Of a stretch of 64,000 nt of DNA, positions 55,441 through 64,000 are shown in pieces. Under the pieces are notes generated by a model. The model worked only from the letters and a program-made list of their open reading frames with translations, was not told the origin of the DNA and ran no database searches. Within the stretch, counting starts at the first letter, position 1, and each line of letters opens with the position of its first letter. The DNA is from an uncultured Actinomycetota bacterium (GTDB lineage Bacteria > Actinomycetota > Actinomycetes > JAFAQI01). The stretch is taken from contig CAWBLI010000005.1 in the NCBI GenBank assembly GCA_963789615.1, positions 1,821,427-1,885,426 of the forward strand. The letters are read 5' to 3'. A program made the translations under genes and the position numbers.

Positions 55441-56654
55441 CCGCTCAATCGCCAGCGGCGGGTGCTGTTCCTGTCGTCCCCGATCGGCCTCGGCCATTCG
55501 CGTCGCGACATCGCCATCGCCGACGAGCTGCGCCGGCTGCATCCGGACGTCGAGGTCGACTGGCTCGCCCAGCACCCGCTGACCGAGCTGCTGGAGCGCC
55601 GAGGTGAGCGGATCCACCCGGCGTCGAGGTATCTCGCCAACGAGTCGACCCACATCGAGTCGGAGTCCGCGGAGCACGACCTGCACGCGTTCCAGACCAT
55701 CCGCAAGATGGACGAGATCCTCGTCAACAACTTCATGGTGTTCTCCGACCTGGTCGAGGACCAGGCCTATGACGCCTGGGTCGGGGACGAGGCCTGGGAG
55801 CTCGACTACTTCCTGCACGAGAACCCCGAGCTCAAGCGGGCGCCGTACGTCTGGCTGACCGACTTCGTCGGCTGGCTCCCGATGCCGGACGGCGGCGATC
55901 GCGAGGCGATGCTGACGGCCGACTACAACGCGGAGATGGTCGAGCAGATCGCCCGCTTCCCACGGCTGCGTGATCGCGCGCTGTTTGTGGGCAATCCCGG
56001 CGACGTCGTACCCGACGCCCTTGGACCCGCTCTGCCGGGGATCCGGGACTGGACCGAGGAGCACTTCGACTTCGTGGGGTACGTCACCGGCTTCGACCCG
56101 GCGGACGTCGCCGACACCGCTGCGGTTCGAGCCGATCTCGGGTACGCCGACGACGAGAAGGTCTGCATCGTGACGGTGGGCGGGTCCGGCGTCGGTCGGG
56201 ACCTGCTGCGACGAGCGATCGCTGCCTATCCCGAGGCCAAGGCGAAGGTGCCGGAGCTTCGGATGGTCGTGGTCGCAGGGCCACGCATCGATCCGGCCTC
56301 GTTGCCCGCGCATCCCGGGACTCGAGGTGCACGCCTACGTCCACGATCTCTACCGCCATCTCGCGGTGTGCGATCTCGCCGTCGTCCAGGGTGGGCTCAC
56401 CACGACGATGGAGCTGACGGCGAACCGGCGGCCGTTCCTCTACGTGCCGCTGCGGCATCACTTCGAGCAGAACTTCCACGTCCGGCACCGGCTCGACCAG
56501 TACGACGCGGGTCGCTGCCTCGACTACGAGGAGACCACCCCCGACCGGCTCGCGGCGGCGATCGCCAGCGAGATGGGCCGGCAGCGTCGACTACCGACCG
56601 GTCGAGACCGACGGCGCGGCCCGAGCCGCGGCGCGGATCGCGGAGCTGCTCTAG
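55441..56654 (+). pseudogene. GT-B-type glycosyltransferase-like protein (MGT/GT28 C-terminal-like), 2 frame switches; in frame with the hydrolase upstream
   Basis: 'WTRPLNRQRRVLFLSSPIGLGHSRRDIAIADELRRLHPDVEVDWLAQHPL..' is followed by 'VTVGGSGVGRDLL..', then 'LEVHAYVHDLYRHLAVCDLAVVQGGLTTTMELTANRRPFLYVPL' (ORF 56327..), then 'VDYRPVETDGAARAAARIAELL*'. Switches lie near 56310 and 56585. No canonical start codon precedes 'WTRPL'. Confidence 0.7.
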
Positions 56655-56656
56655 GC

Positions 56657-59600
56657 CTAGGTATCGAAGGCTGCGGCCTCGACCGCGACCCGGCGCAGTC
56701 CGTGACGACGGCCGAGCTCAGCGGCGCGCCGCAGCAGCGCGTCGGACTCGGCCTGCTCGCCGAGCCGGCGCGCGGCGAGACCGTCGACGAGCGACCCCTC
56801 CGCGAGCGGTCCAACCCACGGGACCCGACCGGCGGCCGCGAGCATGGGCGCGAGGGTGCGGCGAGCTCGCTCCGGCTCGTCCTGGGCCAGCCAGGCTCGC
56901 GCCACCGCGAGATAGCACGCGTCGCCGGCCAGGAATGCCGAGCCCGCCGGAGCCCGGATGCCCGAGAGCAGCGCGTCGGCCTCGAGCAGGATCTCCCGTG
57001 AGCCGGTCGCTTCCGCGAGCGGGCTCATGACGCGCAACAGGTAGGACTCGGCCCCCTGCTGCTGAGCCTCGACCCGTGCGGTTTCCAGGACATCAACCGC
57101 CGCGTCGACGTCACCGGTCTCGAGCAACGTCGTACCGAGCAGCGCACCGGCCACCGCGATACACCACCGATGAGGTGCGTCGGCACTGTGCTCGAATGCT
57201 CGCCGGCCGAGGTCGAGCGCGCGGTCGTAGTCACCGGTCAGCCGGGCCAGCCACCCGAGATGCGCCAGGTGCCAGGCGGCGTACGCCGAGAAGCCACTGC
57301 GCCGGTTGACCTCGAGCGCCGCCTCGATTCGGGCGGCAGCGGCGGCCCAGTCACCGGCGGCGATCGGAATGAAAGCCGACTCGAAGATCGTCCAGTGCAG
57401 CAGGAACAAGTCGCCGCGCCGACGCAGCATCGGTTCCAGCTCCTCGACGACCTCGCGGAGCTGATCGACCTCCCCGAGGTAGGCGAGTGAGGTCTTCTGA
57501 CCGTCGAGCGCGGCGGCCAGCGACTCGTCGTCGCCGGCGGCGCGCGCCGCGACCACCGCGAGGCGGCCGTGCTCGACCGCGTCGTCGAAGCGCAGCCCGT
57601 TGACCGCGAGCACCGCCAGCCACGCCTGCAGGTCGGCCTCCATCGCGTGATCGGACAGCGGCTGTGGCCAGCACCAGGCCGCGTTCGAGATGCCCGACGC
57701 AGTCGGCGACCGGGCGTCCGAGTGCCGTCGGGTACCTCGCCACCGAGAGCGCGCAACGCGACGACCTCGAGTCGTTGGTCGCCGATCTCGCGGGCGTCGC
57801 GGGCGGCCGCCTCGATGTCGAGCATCGCGGCCGGGTAGTCGGCCCGGGCGGCGTGCGCCCGCGACCGGAGGATGAGCGCGCGACCGCGGATCTCGACGTC
57901 GCCGGTCAGGTCCGCGGTGTCGATGGCGTTGCCGAGCAGCGTGATGGCGTCGTCGGCGGCGGCTCGCGCGAGCGCGTTCTCGCCGGCGTGCAGCCACGCC
58001 CGGGAGGCTCGCACCCACTCCTGCGCCGCCGAGGCATGGATCGCCACCGCCTCGGGACGCATGGTGAGCAGGTCCGCCGCAACCCGGTGGTAGGCCACCC
58101 GGGTCGGCTCCGGCGTCGTCGCGTAGAGCACGTCGCGGACCAGGTCGTTCGCGAACTCGTAGTCGCGGCCGGCGACGACGAGCAACCGTGCGGCCAGCGC
58201 GTCCGAGCAGGTGCTGACCACCGCCGGCAGCGGCTGCGCCAGCAGGCCCGCGACGGTGCGAGGCTCGAAGGCCACGCCGAGGACCGCGCCGGCTCGCAAC
58301 AGTGCTTCGACGTCGGGTCCGGCCCGGCGTACCCGGGTCAGCACTGCGGCTTCCAGCGACTCCGGGATGCCGGTGGTTCCTTGGTTGAGGGCGCGCAGCG
58401 TCTCGACGACGTACAGCGAGTGGCCTCGGGTGCGCGTCATGATGTCGTCGGTCTGGTCGGCGAGACCGGCTGCGGTCGCGAGACTTCGAACCGCGTCGGG
58501 AGACAGCGGGCCGAGGCTGACGGTGTCTGCAACGCCGGCGAGGGTGTCGAGGACGTCGGCTCCCTCTTCCTCGCGAACCGTTGCAGCCACGAGGATGCGC
58601 GCGTTCAGGGCGTGGCGCGCGAGGTAGTGCAGCAACTCCAGGCTCGACCGGCCGGCGTTCTGGACGTCATCGAGGCTGAGGAGCACCGGCGCCCGCTCCG
58701 AGAGGCCGCGTAGCAGTGCGGTCAGCCCTTCGAACGCCCGCCGGCGCTCCAGACCCGCGCTGTCCCGACGAATCGGCGCCGGGCCGAGTACGGCGGCAGA
58801 TCCTGGCAGTAGTTGGGCGAGCGCGGACGCATGCTCACCGGCCAGCTCGACGAGTCGTCCTGCGGGCAGCGCGTGCACGACGGGTTCGACAGCTTCGACG
58901 AGCGGCTGCAGGAACAGCGAGCTCTCGGTCGAGTAGCACCGCGCGGTCATGACGGTGCCGCCGGTGCTGGCGGCGATCCGCTCGAGCTCCTCGACGAGAC
59001 GGGTCTTGCCGATGCCGGCCTCACCTACGACGAGGACCAGCCCGGCGCGGCCGCCGGCGGCGGCGTTCCAGCGCGGCCCGCAGTGCTCGTAGCTCGTCGG
59101 CGCGCCCGACCAGGCCCATCGTCTCGCTGGCCGTGCTTGTCGTCTGCGCAGCCGTTGCTGCGGGTCGGCTCGGCTGGCGGCGGCGCTTGGTCACGAAGGA
59201 TCGACAGGTGCAGCTCACGGGTCTGCGCGGCCGGGTCGGTGCCGAGCTCGTCGGCGAGCAGGTCGCTCAGCTCGGCGTAGGTGGTCAGGGCACGGGCCGG
59301 TTCGCCGGCCGCCACGTACGCCCGCATCAACGCCCGCCGCGCCGGCTCGTCGTACGGGTCAGTTGCGACGGCGGTGGCAGCGGCCGTCACGGCGGTTGCG
59401 TGGTCGCCGGTCGCTGTTGCGGCTTCGGCCAGCACTCGGCGGCATCGGCGCACCAGGTCGGTCGACTCGGTCCGCGCTGGTTCGGCCCAGTCCGCGGTCG
59501 GCTCCTCGACCAGTACGTCGCCGGTGCCGAGCAGCTCGTCGGCCCGCGCGGCCGCCGCGACGGCCAGCGCAGGCTCGTCGGCCGCGTGGCGCCGCTCGGC

Positions 59601-59931
59601 TTCGGCGATCCACCGGCCGGCCTCGTCGAGGTCGACTGTCACTTCCGGCGCGCTGCCGAGCCGGTAGCCCTCCCGGTCGCCTTCGATCAGCTCGGGGCCG
59701 AGCACCTTGCGCAACCGGCTGACCAGCGTCGCGACGCTCGCGGCCGGACTGGCGGGCGGCTCAGTCCGGCCAGAGAACGTCGGCGATGTGGTCGACCGTC
59801 ACAACGCGGTCCCGCTCGACCGCGAGCAGCTTCAGCAGCTCCCGGCCCTTGCGGCTGCCCAGCTCGGAGCGGTCGATCGGCACCCCGTCACGGCTGACGC
59901 CGAACGTGCCCACCAACCGAACCCCCACCAT
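56657..59931 (-). pseudogene. AfsR/SARP-like large regulator (OmpR-type wHTH + BTAD + NB-ARC/AAA + TPR), at least 4 frame switches
   Basis: 'MVGVRLVGTFGVSRDGVPIDRSELGSRKGRELLKLLAV..HIADVLWPD' is followed by 'EPPASPAASVATLVSRLRKVLGPELIEG..' (BTAD, ORF 59025..59714). Then comes 'LVGRADELRALRAAL', then 'LVLVVGEAGIGKTRLVEEL' and ORF 57238..58950, then ORF 56657..58018 (TPR-like). Switches lie near 59762, 59120, 59040 and 57720. Confidence 0.8.
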
Positions 59932-59962
59932 GGCGTCCAGTGTGACGCCGTGGGCAAACGCC

Positions 59963-61120
59963 TCAGGCCAGCAGACCCTTGGCGATGACGGTGCGCAGGA
60001 TCTCGTTCGTGCCCTCGCCGATCGCCATGAGAGGGGCGTCGCGATAGAGCCGCTCGACCTCGAGCTCGGTCGAGTATCCGTAGGAGCCGTGGATCCGCAT
60101 CGACTCCAGCGACGCCTTCAGCGCAACCTCCGAGGCGAAGAGCTTCGCCATCCCGGTTTCCATGTCGGCTCGCTTGCCGGCATCGGCTTTAGCAGCCGCC
60201 CACCAGGTGAGCAGCCGCGCCGCGTTCGTCTCGGTGGCCATGTCGGCGAGCTTCAGCTGCACGGCCTGGAAATCGGCGATTGGCTTGCCGAAGGCGTGAC
60301 GCATCTTGGCGTAACCGACCGCCAGGTCCAGGGCCTCCTGAGCGACTCCCACGGCCCGGGACGCGATGTTGATGCGGCCGATCTCGAGCGCCGACAGGGC
60401 CTGCTGCAAGCCGCGCCCTTCAACGCCACCGAGCAGGTTGGCGGCCGGGACACGGACATCCTGCAGTGACACCTCGCACGACTCCGGCCCCTTGTAGCCC
60501 AGCTTCCCGAGATCGCGCGAGACGGTGAAGCCCGGGGTATCCGCAGGGACAAGGAAGACGGACATACCGCGATGGGCCGGCGTTGCAGTGGGATCGGTCT
60601 TGACGAGAACGGGCAGCGGATCGGCATAGCGCGCATTGGTGATCCACGTCTTCGTGCCGTTGATGACGTAGTCGTCGCCGTCGCGAACCGCGCGGGTCTG
60701 GATCCCCTGCAGGTCGCTGCCCGCGGCCGGCTCGGTCAGGGCGATGCCTGTACGCCGGACCCCCGTGGCCAGCTCGGGCAGGTAGCGCAGCTTCTGCTCG
60801 TCGGTCCCGTGTCGGGCGATCATCCAGCAGGCGAGCGAGTGCGAGCCGATGATTCCGGCGACGCCCATCCATGCCTTGGAGATCTCCTCGAAGACGATCG
60901 ACAGTGACAGTAGGTCGAACTCCTGGCCGCCGTACTGCTCGGGGATGGTCATCCCGAACAGTCCGAGCGTCTTCATCGACTCGACGATCTCGGTGGGGTA
61001 TCTGCCCTCGCGCTCCCAGTCGCGGGCGACCGGCCGGATCTCGCGATCGACGAAGTCCCGAATCGTCGCCCGGAAGGCCACGTGATCGTCGTCGAGCTCG
61101 AAGTCCATGGTGGTCATCAT
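59963..61120 (-). CDS. acyl-CoA dehydrogenase
   Basis: Intact ORF containing 'MMTTMDFELDDDHVAFRATIRDFVDREIRPVARDWERE', 'LTEPAAGSDLQGIQTRA', 'GTKTWITNA' and 'RIHGSYGYSTELEVERLYRDAPLMAIGEGTNEI'. The RBS 'gggag' lies 6 nt upstream of ATG 61120. Confidence 0.9.
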   Translation of the reverse strand: MMTTMDFELDDDHVAFRATIRDFVDREIRPVARDWEREGRYPTEIVESMKTLGLFGMTIPEQYGGQEFDLLSLSIVFEEISKAWMGVAGIIGSHSLACWMIARHGTDEQKLRYLPELATGVRRTGIALTEPAAGSDLQGIQTRAVRDGDDYVINGTKTWITNARYADPLPVLVKTDPTATPAHRGMSVFLVPADTPGFTVSRDLGKLGYKGPESCEVSLQDVRVPAANLLGGVEGRGLQQALSALEIGRINIASRAVGVAQEALDLAVGYAKMRHAFGKPIADFQAVQLKLADMATETNAARLLTWWAAAKADAGKRADMETGMAKLFASEVALKASLESMRIHGSYGYSTELEVERLYRDAPLMAIGEGTNEILRTVIAKGLLA

Positions 61121-61280
61121 GAACCACTCCCACATCGTCGCCGAACGGTGGCTAGGTCCACTCGTCCGGGCAACCGCGAATCGATGTCAGCGCAGAATCC
61201 TCGGCAACGAAGTGCGACGTCGCGACGTCCCGAAACTGTCAGACCCGGCTGACATCGTGAGGTTGTCGGCAGGAGGTCAC

Positions 61281-61724
61281 ATGGACAATCTCACCTTGCT
61301 GCGCTCGCACGTCGAGCGCTGTTTGCAGGACATCTGGGAGGTCTGTCGCGTCTCGACGGACAGCGACGGCGACTACCCATTCCGCCGCGGTTCCGCGCAG
61401 TGCTTCGTCCGGCTCGAGGACGGTGATCCTCAGCTCGCCCGCGTCTTCGGTATCGCCGCCATCGGCGTGAAGCGATCGGCGAAGCTGCTCGTCGAGTTGA
61501 ACGACACGAGCGCCCGCTGCCGCACCGTTAGCGTCGGATGGCACAACGGTGCGGTCATCGTCGAGCAGCCCTTGCACGTCGCTGCGGTACGCCGGACCAC
61601 GCTGCGGCAGGCGTGTGAAGCGGTCGGCTCCGTCGCCGACGACATCGGCATCATGATCGCCGCGGTGCATGGCGGCTCGACGCCGCACGATTCCGACTTG
61701 GAGTGTTCCGAGGACGCAAGCTAA
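61281..61724 (+). CDS. YbjN/T3SS-chaperone-like domain protein (hypothetical)
   Basis: ATG 61281 has 'aggagg' 4 nt upstream, giving 147 aa: 'MDNLTLLRSHVERCLQDIWEV..DSDGDYPFRRGSAQCFVRLEDGDP..LVELNDTSARCRTVSVGWHNGAVIVEQPL'. The pattern is as I recall it for actinobacterial YbjN-like proteins. The family call is tentative. Confidence 0.6.
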   Translation: MDNLTLLRSHVERCLQDIWEVCRVSTDSDGDYPFRRGSAQCFVRLEDGDPQLARVFGIAAIGVKRSAKLLVELNDTSARCRTVSVGWHNGAVIVEQPLHVAAVRRTTLRQACEAVGSVADDIGIMIAAVHGGSTPHDSDLECSEDAS

Positions 61725-61801
61725 AGGCGGCGTTCGTCCCGGACTAGTCGTAGTGTCGCCTTGCGCCTCAACGTCACGAGACAAGGAGGAGTCGCATCGC
61801 A

Positions 61802-64000
61802 ATGCTCCACGTCCATCGGTCCGAACGCGCCGATGGCCTGGTGGAAGCGCTCGCCGCGGTGCTCGCCGATCCGCCGGACGATCCGATGGCGCACGAGGTC
61901 ATCGCCGTACCTGCCAAGGGCGTCGAGCGATGGCTGATGCAGCGACTCTCCCACTCGCTCGGCGCGCGGCCTGGTCACAACGACGGCATCTGCGCCAACG
62001 TCGACTTCCCGCATCCGTCGAGGTTGGTCGCTGAGACGCTCGCCGCCGCCTCGGGCATCGATGGCGACAACGACCCGTGGCGCCGCAAGGCACTGATCTG
62101 GACATTGCTCGACGTCATCGACGACTGCGTCGGCGAGCCCTGGTGCGCCACGCTGACCAGTCATCTCGGTGTCGGCGACGCGACGCACGCCTATCGCCGC
62201 AACCGGCGACTGGCCACCGCTCAGCACCTCGCCCAGCTCTATGACTCGTACGGCGAGAACCGGCCGGAGATGCTGCGCGACTGGGCCCAAGGGTCCGACA
62301 CGGATGGCGCGGGCGGCAGCGTCCCGCACGACCTGAAGTGGCAGCCGGAGCTATGGCGTCGACTCGCACAACGGATCGGCACGGACAGCCCGGCCCAGCG
62401 ACTGCCGGCAGCGCTCGACCGGATCCGCTCCGACGCCGACAACGTCGAGCTGCCCGCAACGGCTGTCGGTCTTCGGACCCACCCGGCTCACGACGTCGCA
62501 GCTGCAGGTCCTGGCAGCGATAGCCGACGCCCGCGACGTCCACCTCTGGCTGCCGCATCCCTCCGCACCGCTCTGGGGCGCGATCGCCGCGCTGCCAACC
62601 CAGAACGACGCAGGTACGCCGCCACAGCGACCCCACGATCGAGACGCCGCGCAACGCGCTGCTGGCCAGCCTGGGCCGCGACGCCCGCGAGCTGCAGCTC
62701 CAGCTGGCAGCAACGACAGACAAACCGACCGATCACCACCACCCCGTCGAACCCCGACCCGACACCGTCCTCGGCCGACTCCAACAAGCCCTACAGAACG
62801 ACGATGACGCGACCGACCCCACGGACAAGCACGTCATCGACCCCAAGGACCACAGCCTCACCATCCACGCCTGCCACGGCCCGTCGCGCCAGGTCGAGGT
62901 CCTGCGGGAGGTGCTCGTCGGGCTGCTCGCCGATGATCCGACCCTCGAGCCGCGCGACCTGCTCGTCATGTGCCCCAACATCGAGGACTACGCGCCGCTG
63001 ATCTCCGCGACCTTCGGCCTCGACGACGACGAGAACGCCACGAATCGTCATCCCGGACACCGGCTCCGGGTCCGGCTCGCCGACCGCTCACTGCGACAGA
63101 CCAATCCGCTGCTCGCCACCATCGGTGCCCTGCTCGACCTCGCCGCCGGACGCGTGACGGCGAGCAAGGTGCTCGACCTCGCAGCATCGGCTCCAGTCAG
63201 CCGACGGTTCCGGTTCGACGACGACGATCTCGAGCGGCTGCAGGCGTGGGTCACCGCGTCCGGCATCCGCTGGGGACTCGATGCCGAGCACCGCAAGCCG
63301 TTCGGGCTCGAGCAGCTCCCCCAGAACACCTGGCGCGCCGGCCTCGACCGGATCCTGCTCGGCGCTGCGATGGCCGAGGACGACCAGAGCTGGGTCGGGC
63401 TCGCGCTGCCGCTCGACGACGTCGACTCGACTGACATCGACCTGGCGGGGCGCTTCGCCGAGCTGATCGACAGGGTCACCGCCGTCCTCGACGACATGGT
63501 CGGCGACCGACCGCTGTCGAGACTGGCTGGACACCCTGCAATCCGCGCTCGACAGCCTCACCGACGTCCGCTACGCCGACGGCTGGCAGAAGGCGCAGGC
63601 CAGCTACGAGCTCTCGGACATCGCCATCGCGGCCGGCGACCGCGCGACCCAGACCGAGCTGTCGATCGCCGACGTCCATGCCCTGCTCACCGACCGGCTG
63701 GCCGGCCGCCCGACCCGCGCGAACTTCCGCACCGGCAACCTCACGATGTGCTCGATGGTGCCGATGCGGTCGGTGCCGCACCGGGTCGTCTGCCTGCTCG
63801 GCCTGGACGACGGCGCGTTCCCGCGCACGACCGCCGTCGACGGCGACGACATCCTCGGCCGCGACCCGTGCGTCGGCGAGCGCGACCCGCGCAGCGAGGA
63901 CCGGCAGCTGCTGCTCGACGCCGTCCTCGCGGCCAAGGAGCACCTCGTCGTCCTCTACACCGGCGCCGATCCGCGGACCAACGCCCCGCGCCCGCCCGCC
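61802..64000 (+). pseudogene. recC: RecBCD exodeoxyribonuclease V gamma subunit RecC, 3 frame switches; 3' end outside window
   Basis: 'MLHVHRSERADGLVEALAAVLADPPDDPMAHEVIAVPAKGVERWLMQRLSHSLG' is followed by 'RLSVFGPTRLTTSQLQVLAAIADARDVHLWLPHPS'. Then comes 'TIETPRNALLASLGRDARELQ..LTIHACHGPSRQVEVLREVL..MCPNIEDYAPLI..', then 'WLDTLQSALDSL..MCSMVPMRSVPHRVVCLLGLDDGAFPR'. Switches lie near 62455, 62600 and 63515. Confidence 0.85.

Noticed and set aside
61213-61228. Tandem 'GCGACGTC GCGACGTC' / palindrome GCGACGTCGC upstream of the YbjN-like gene
   Set aside because: It is a short, GC-rich self-complementary repeat of a type that arises frequently by chance in this composition. It has no second copy and no positional logic.
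1-64000. Programmed ribosomal frameshifting or transcriptional slippage as the explanation for the broken genes
   Set aside because: There are far too many sites (up to 7 or more in one gene), in both directions, in unrelated genes. I saw no recurring slippery heptamer or downstream structure at the sites I resolved (for example 7671, 37241 and 59762).
1-64000. CRISPR arrays, tRNA/rRNA genes, IS elements, integrases, prophage or defence-system genes
   Set aside because: I found no regularly spaced direct repeats and no cloverleaf-like or rRNA-like segments. I also found no transposase, integrase, restriction or other defence-type proteins in any frame. I could only scan by eye, so small RNAs cannot be excluded.

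Overview
Very GC-rich segment with actinobacterial-type codon usage (third positions dominated by G/C). I count about 52 protein-coding loci. I found no rRNA, tRNA, CRISPR array, or recognisable IS, transposase or integrase.

Content, 5'->3':
- a phosphohexomutase;
- a hydantoin/dihydropyrimidine-type trio (LLM oxidoreductase, dihydropyrimidinase, CN-hydrolase);
- a large GntR-associated catabolic island: epimerase, SIS protein, class-III aminotransferase, GntR/HutC regulator, FGGY kinase, Opp/Dpp-type ABC importer, M20 peptidase, fold-III PLP decarboxylase, beta-lactamase-family hydrolase;
- an ECF sigma factor and a Met-rich membrane protein;
- a gutted EthA-like monooxygenase next to its TetR;
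- NlpC/P60 plus a GAF-GGDEF protein;
- a second, LacI-linked Opp/Dpp-type ABC importer, divergent from a GH1 beta-glucosidase;
- an OmpR/HK pair plus an S11 DD-carboxypeptidase;
- a five-gene translationally coupled acyl-CoA operon, followed by MarR, MFS and MBL genes;
- a Zn-ADH;
- a giant zinc-ribbon/adenylate-cyclase/AAA/TPR protein;
- a methyltransferase;
- an alpha/beta hydrolase that reads straight into a glycosyltransferase;
- an AfsR/SARP-like regulator, an acyl-CoA dehydrogenase, a YbjN-like protein and recC (3' end outside the window).

The most striking property is the pattern of broken reading frames. About 23 genes can only be read by hopping between frames. By manual tracing I count roughly 65-70 single-base frame switches, about 50 of them in the first 22 kb. 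Yet long interspersed blocks (22.1-35.8, 39.1-48.4 and 49.6-54.4 kb) are fully intact. This is either patchy assembly error or real, selective gene decay, and I cannot tell which from the sequence alone.

Other points worth follow-up:
- the decayed GntR island as a candidate uncharacterised catabolic system;
- an 18-nt motif shared by the two promoter regions flanking marR;
- a leader uORF ahead of the MFS gene;
- a LacI gene whose HTH starts upstream of any canonical start codon;
- a G-quadruplex-type spacer inside the intact ABC operon.

All calls come from motif-level reading of the supplied translations. No database search was possible.
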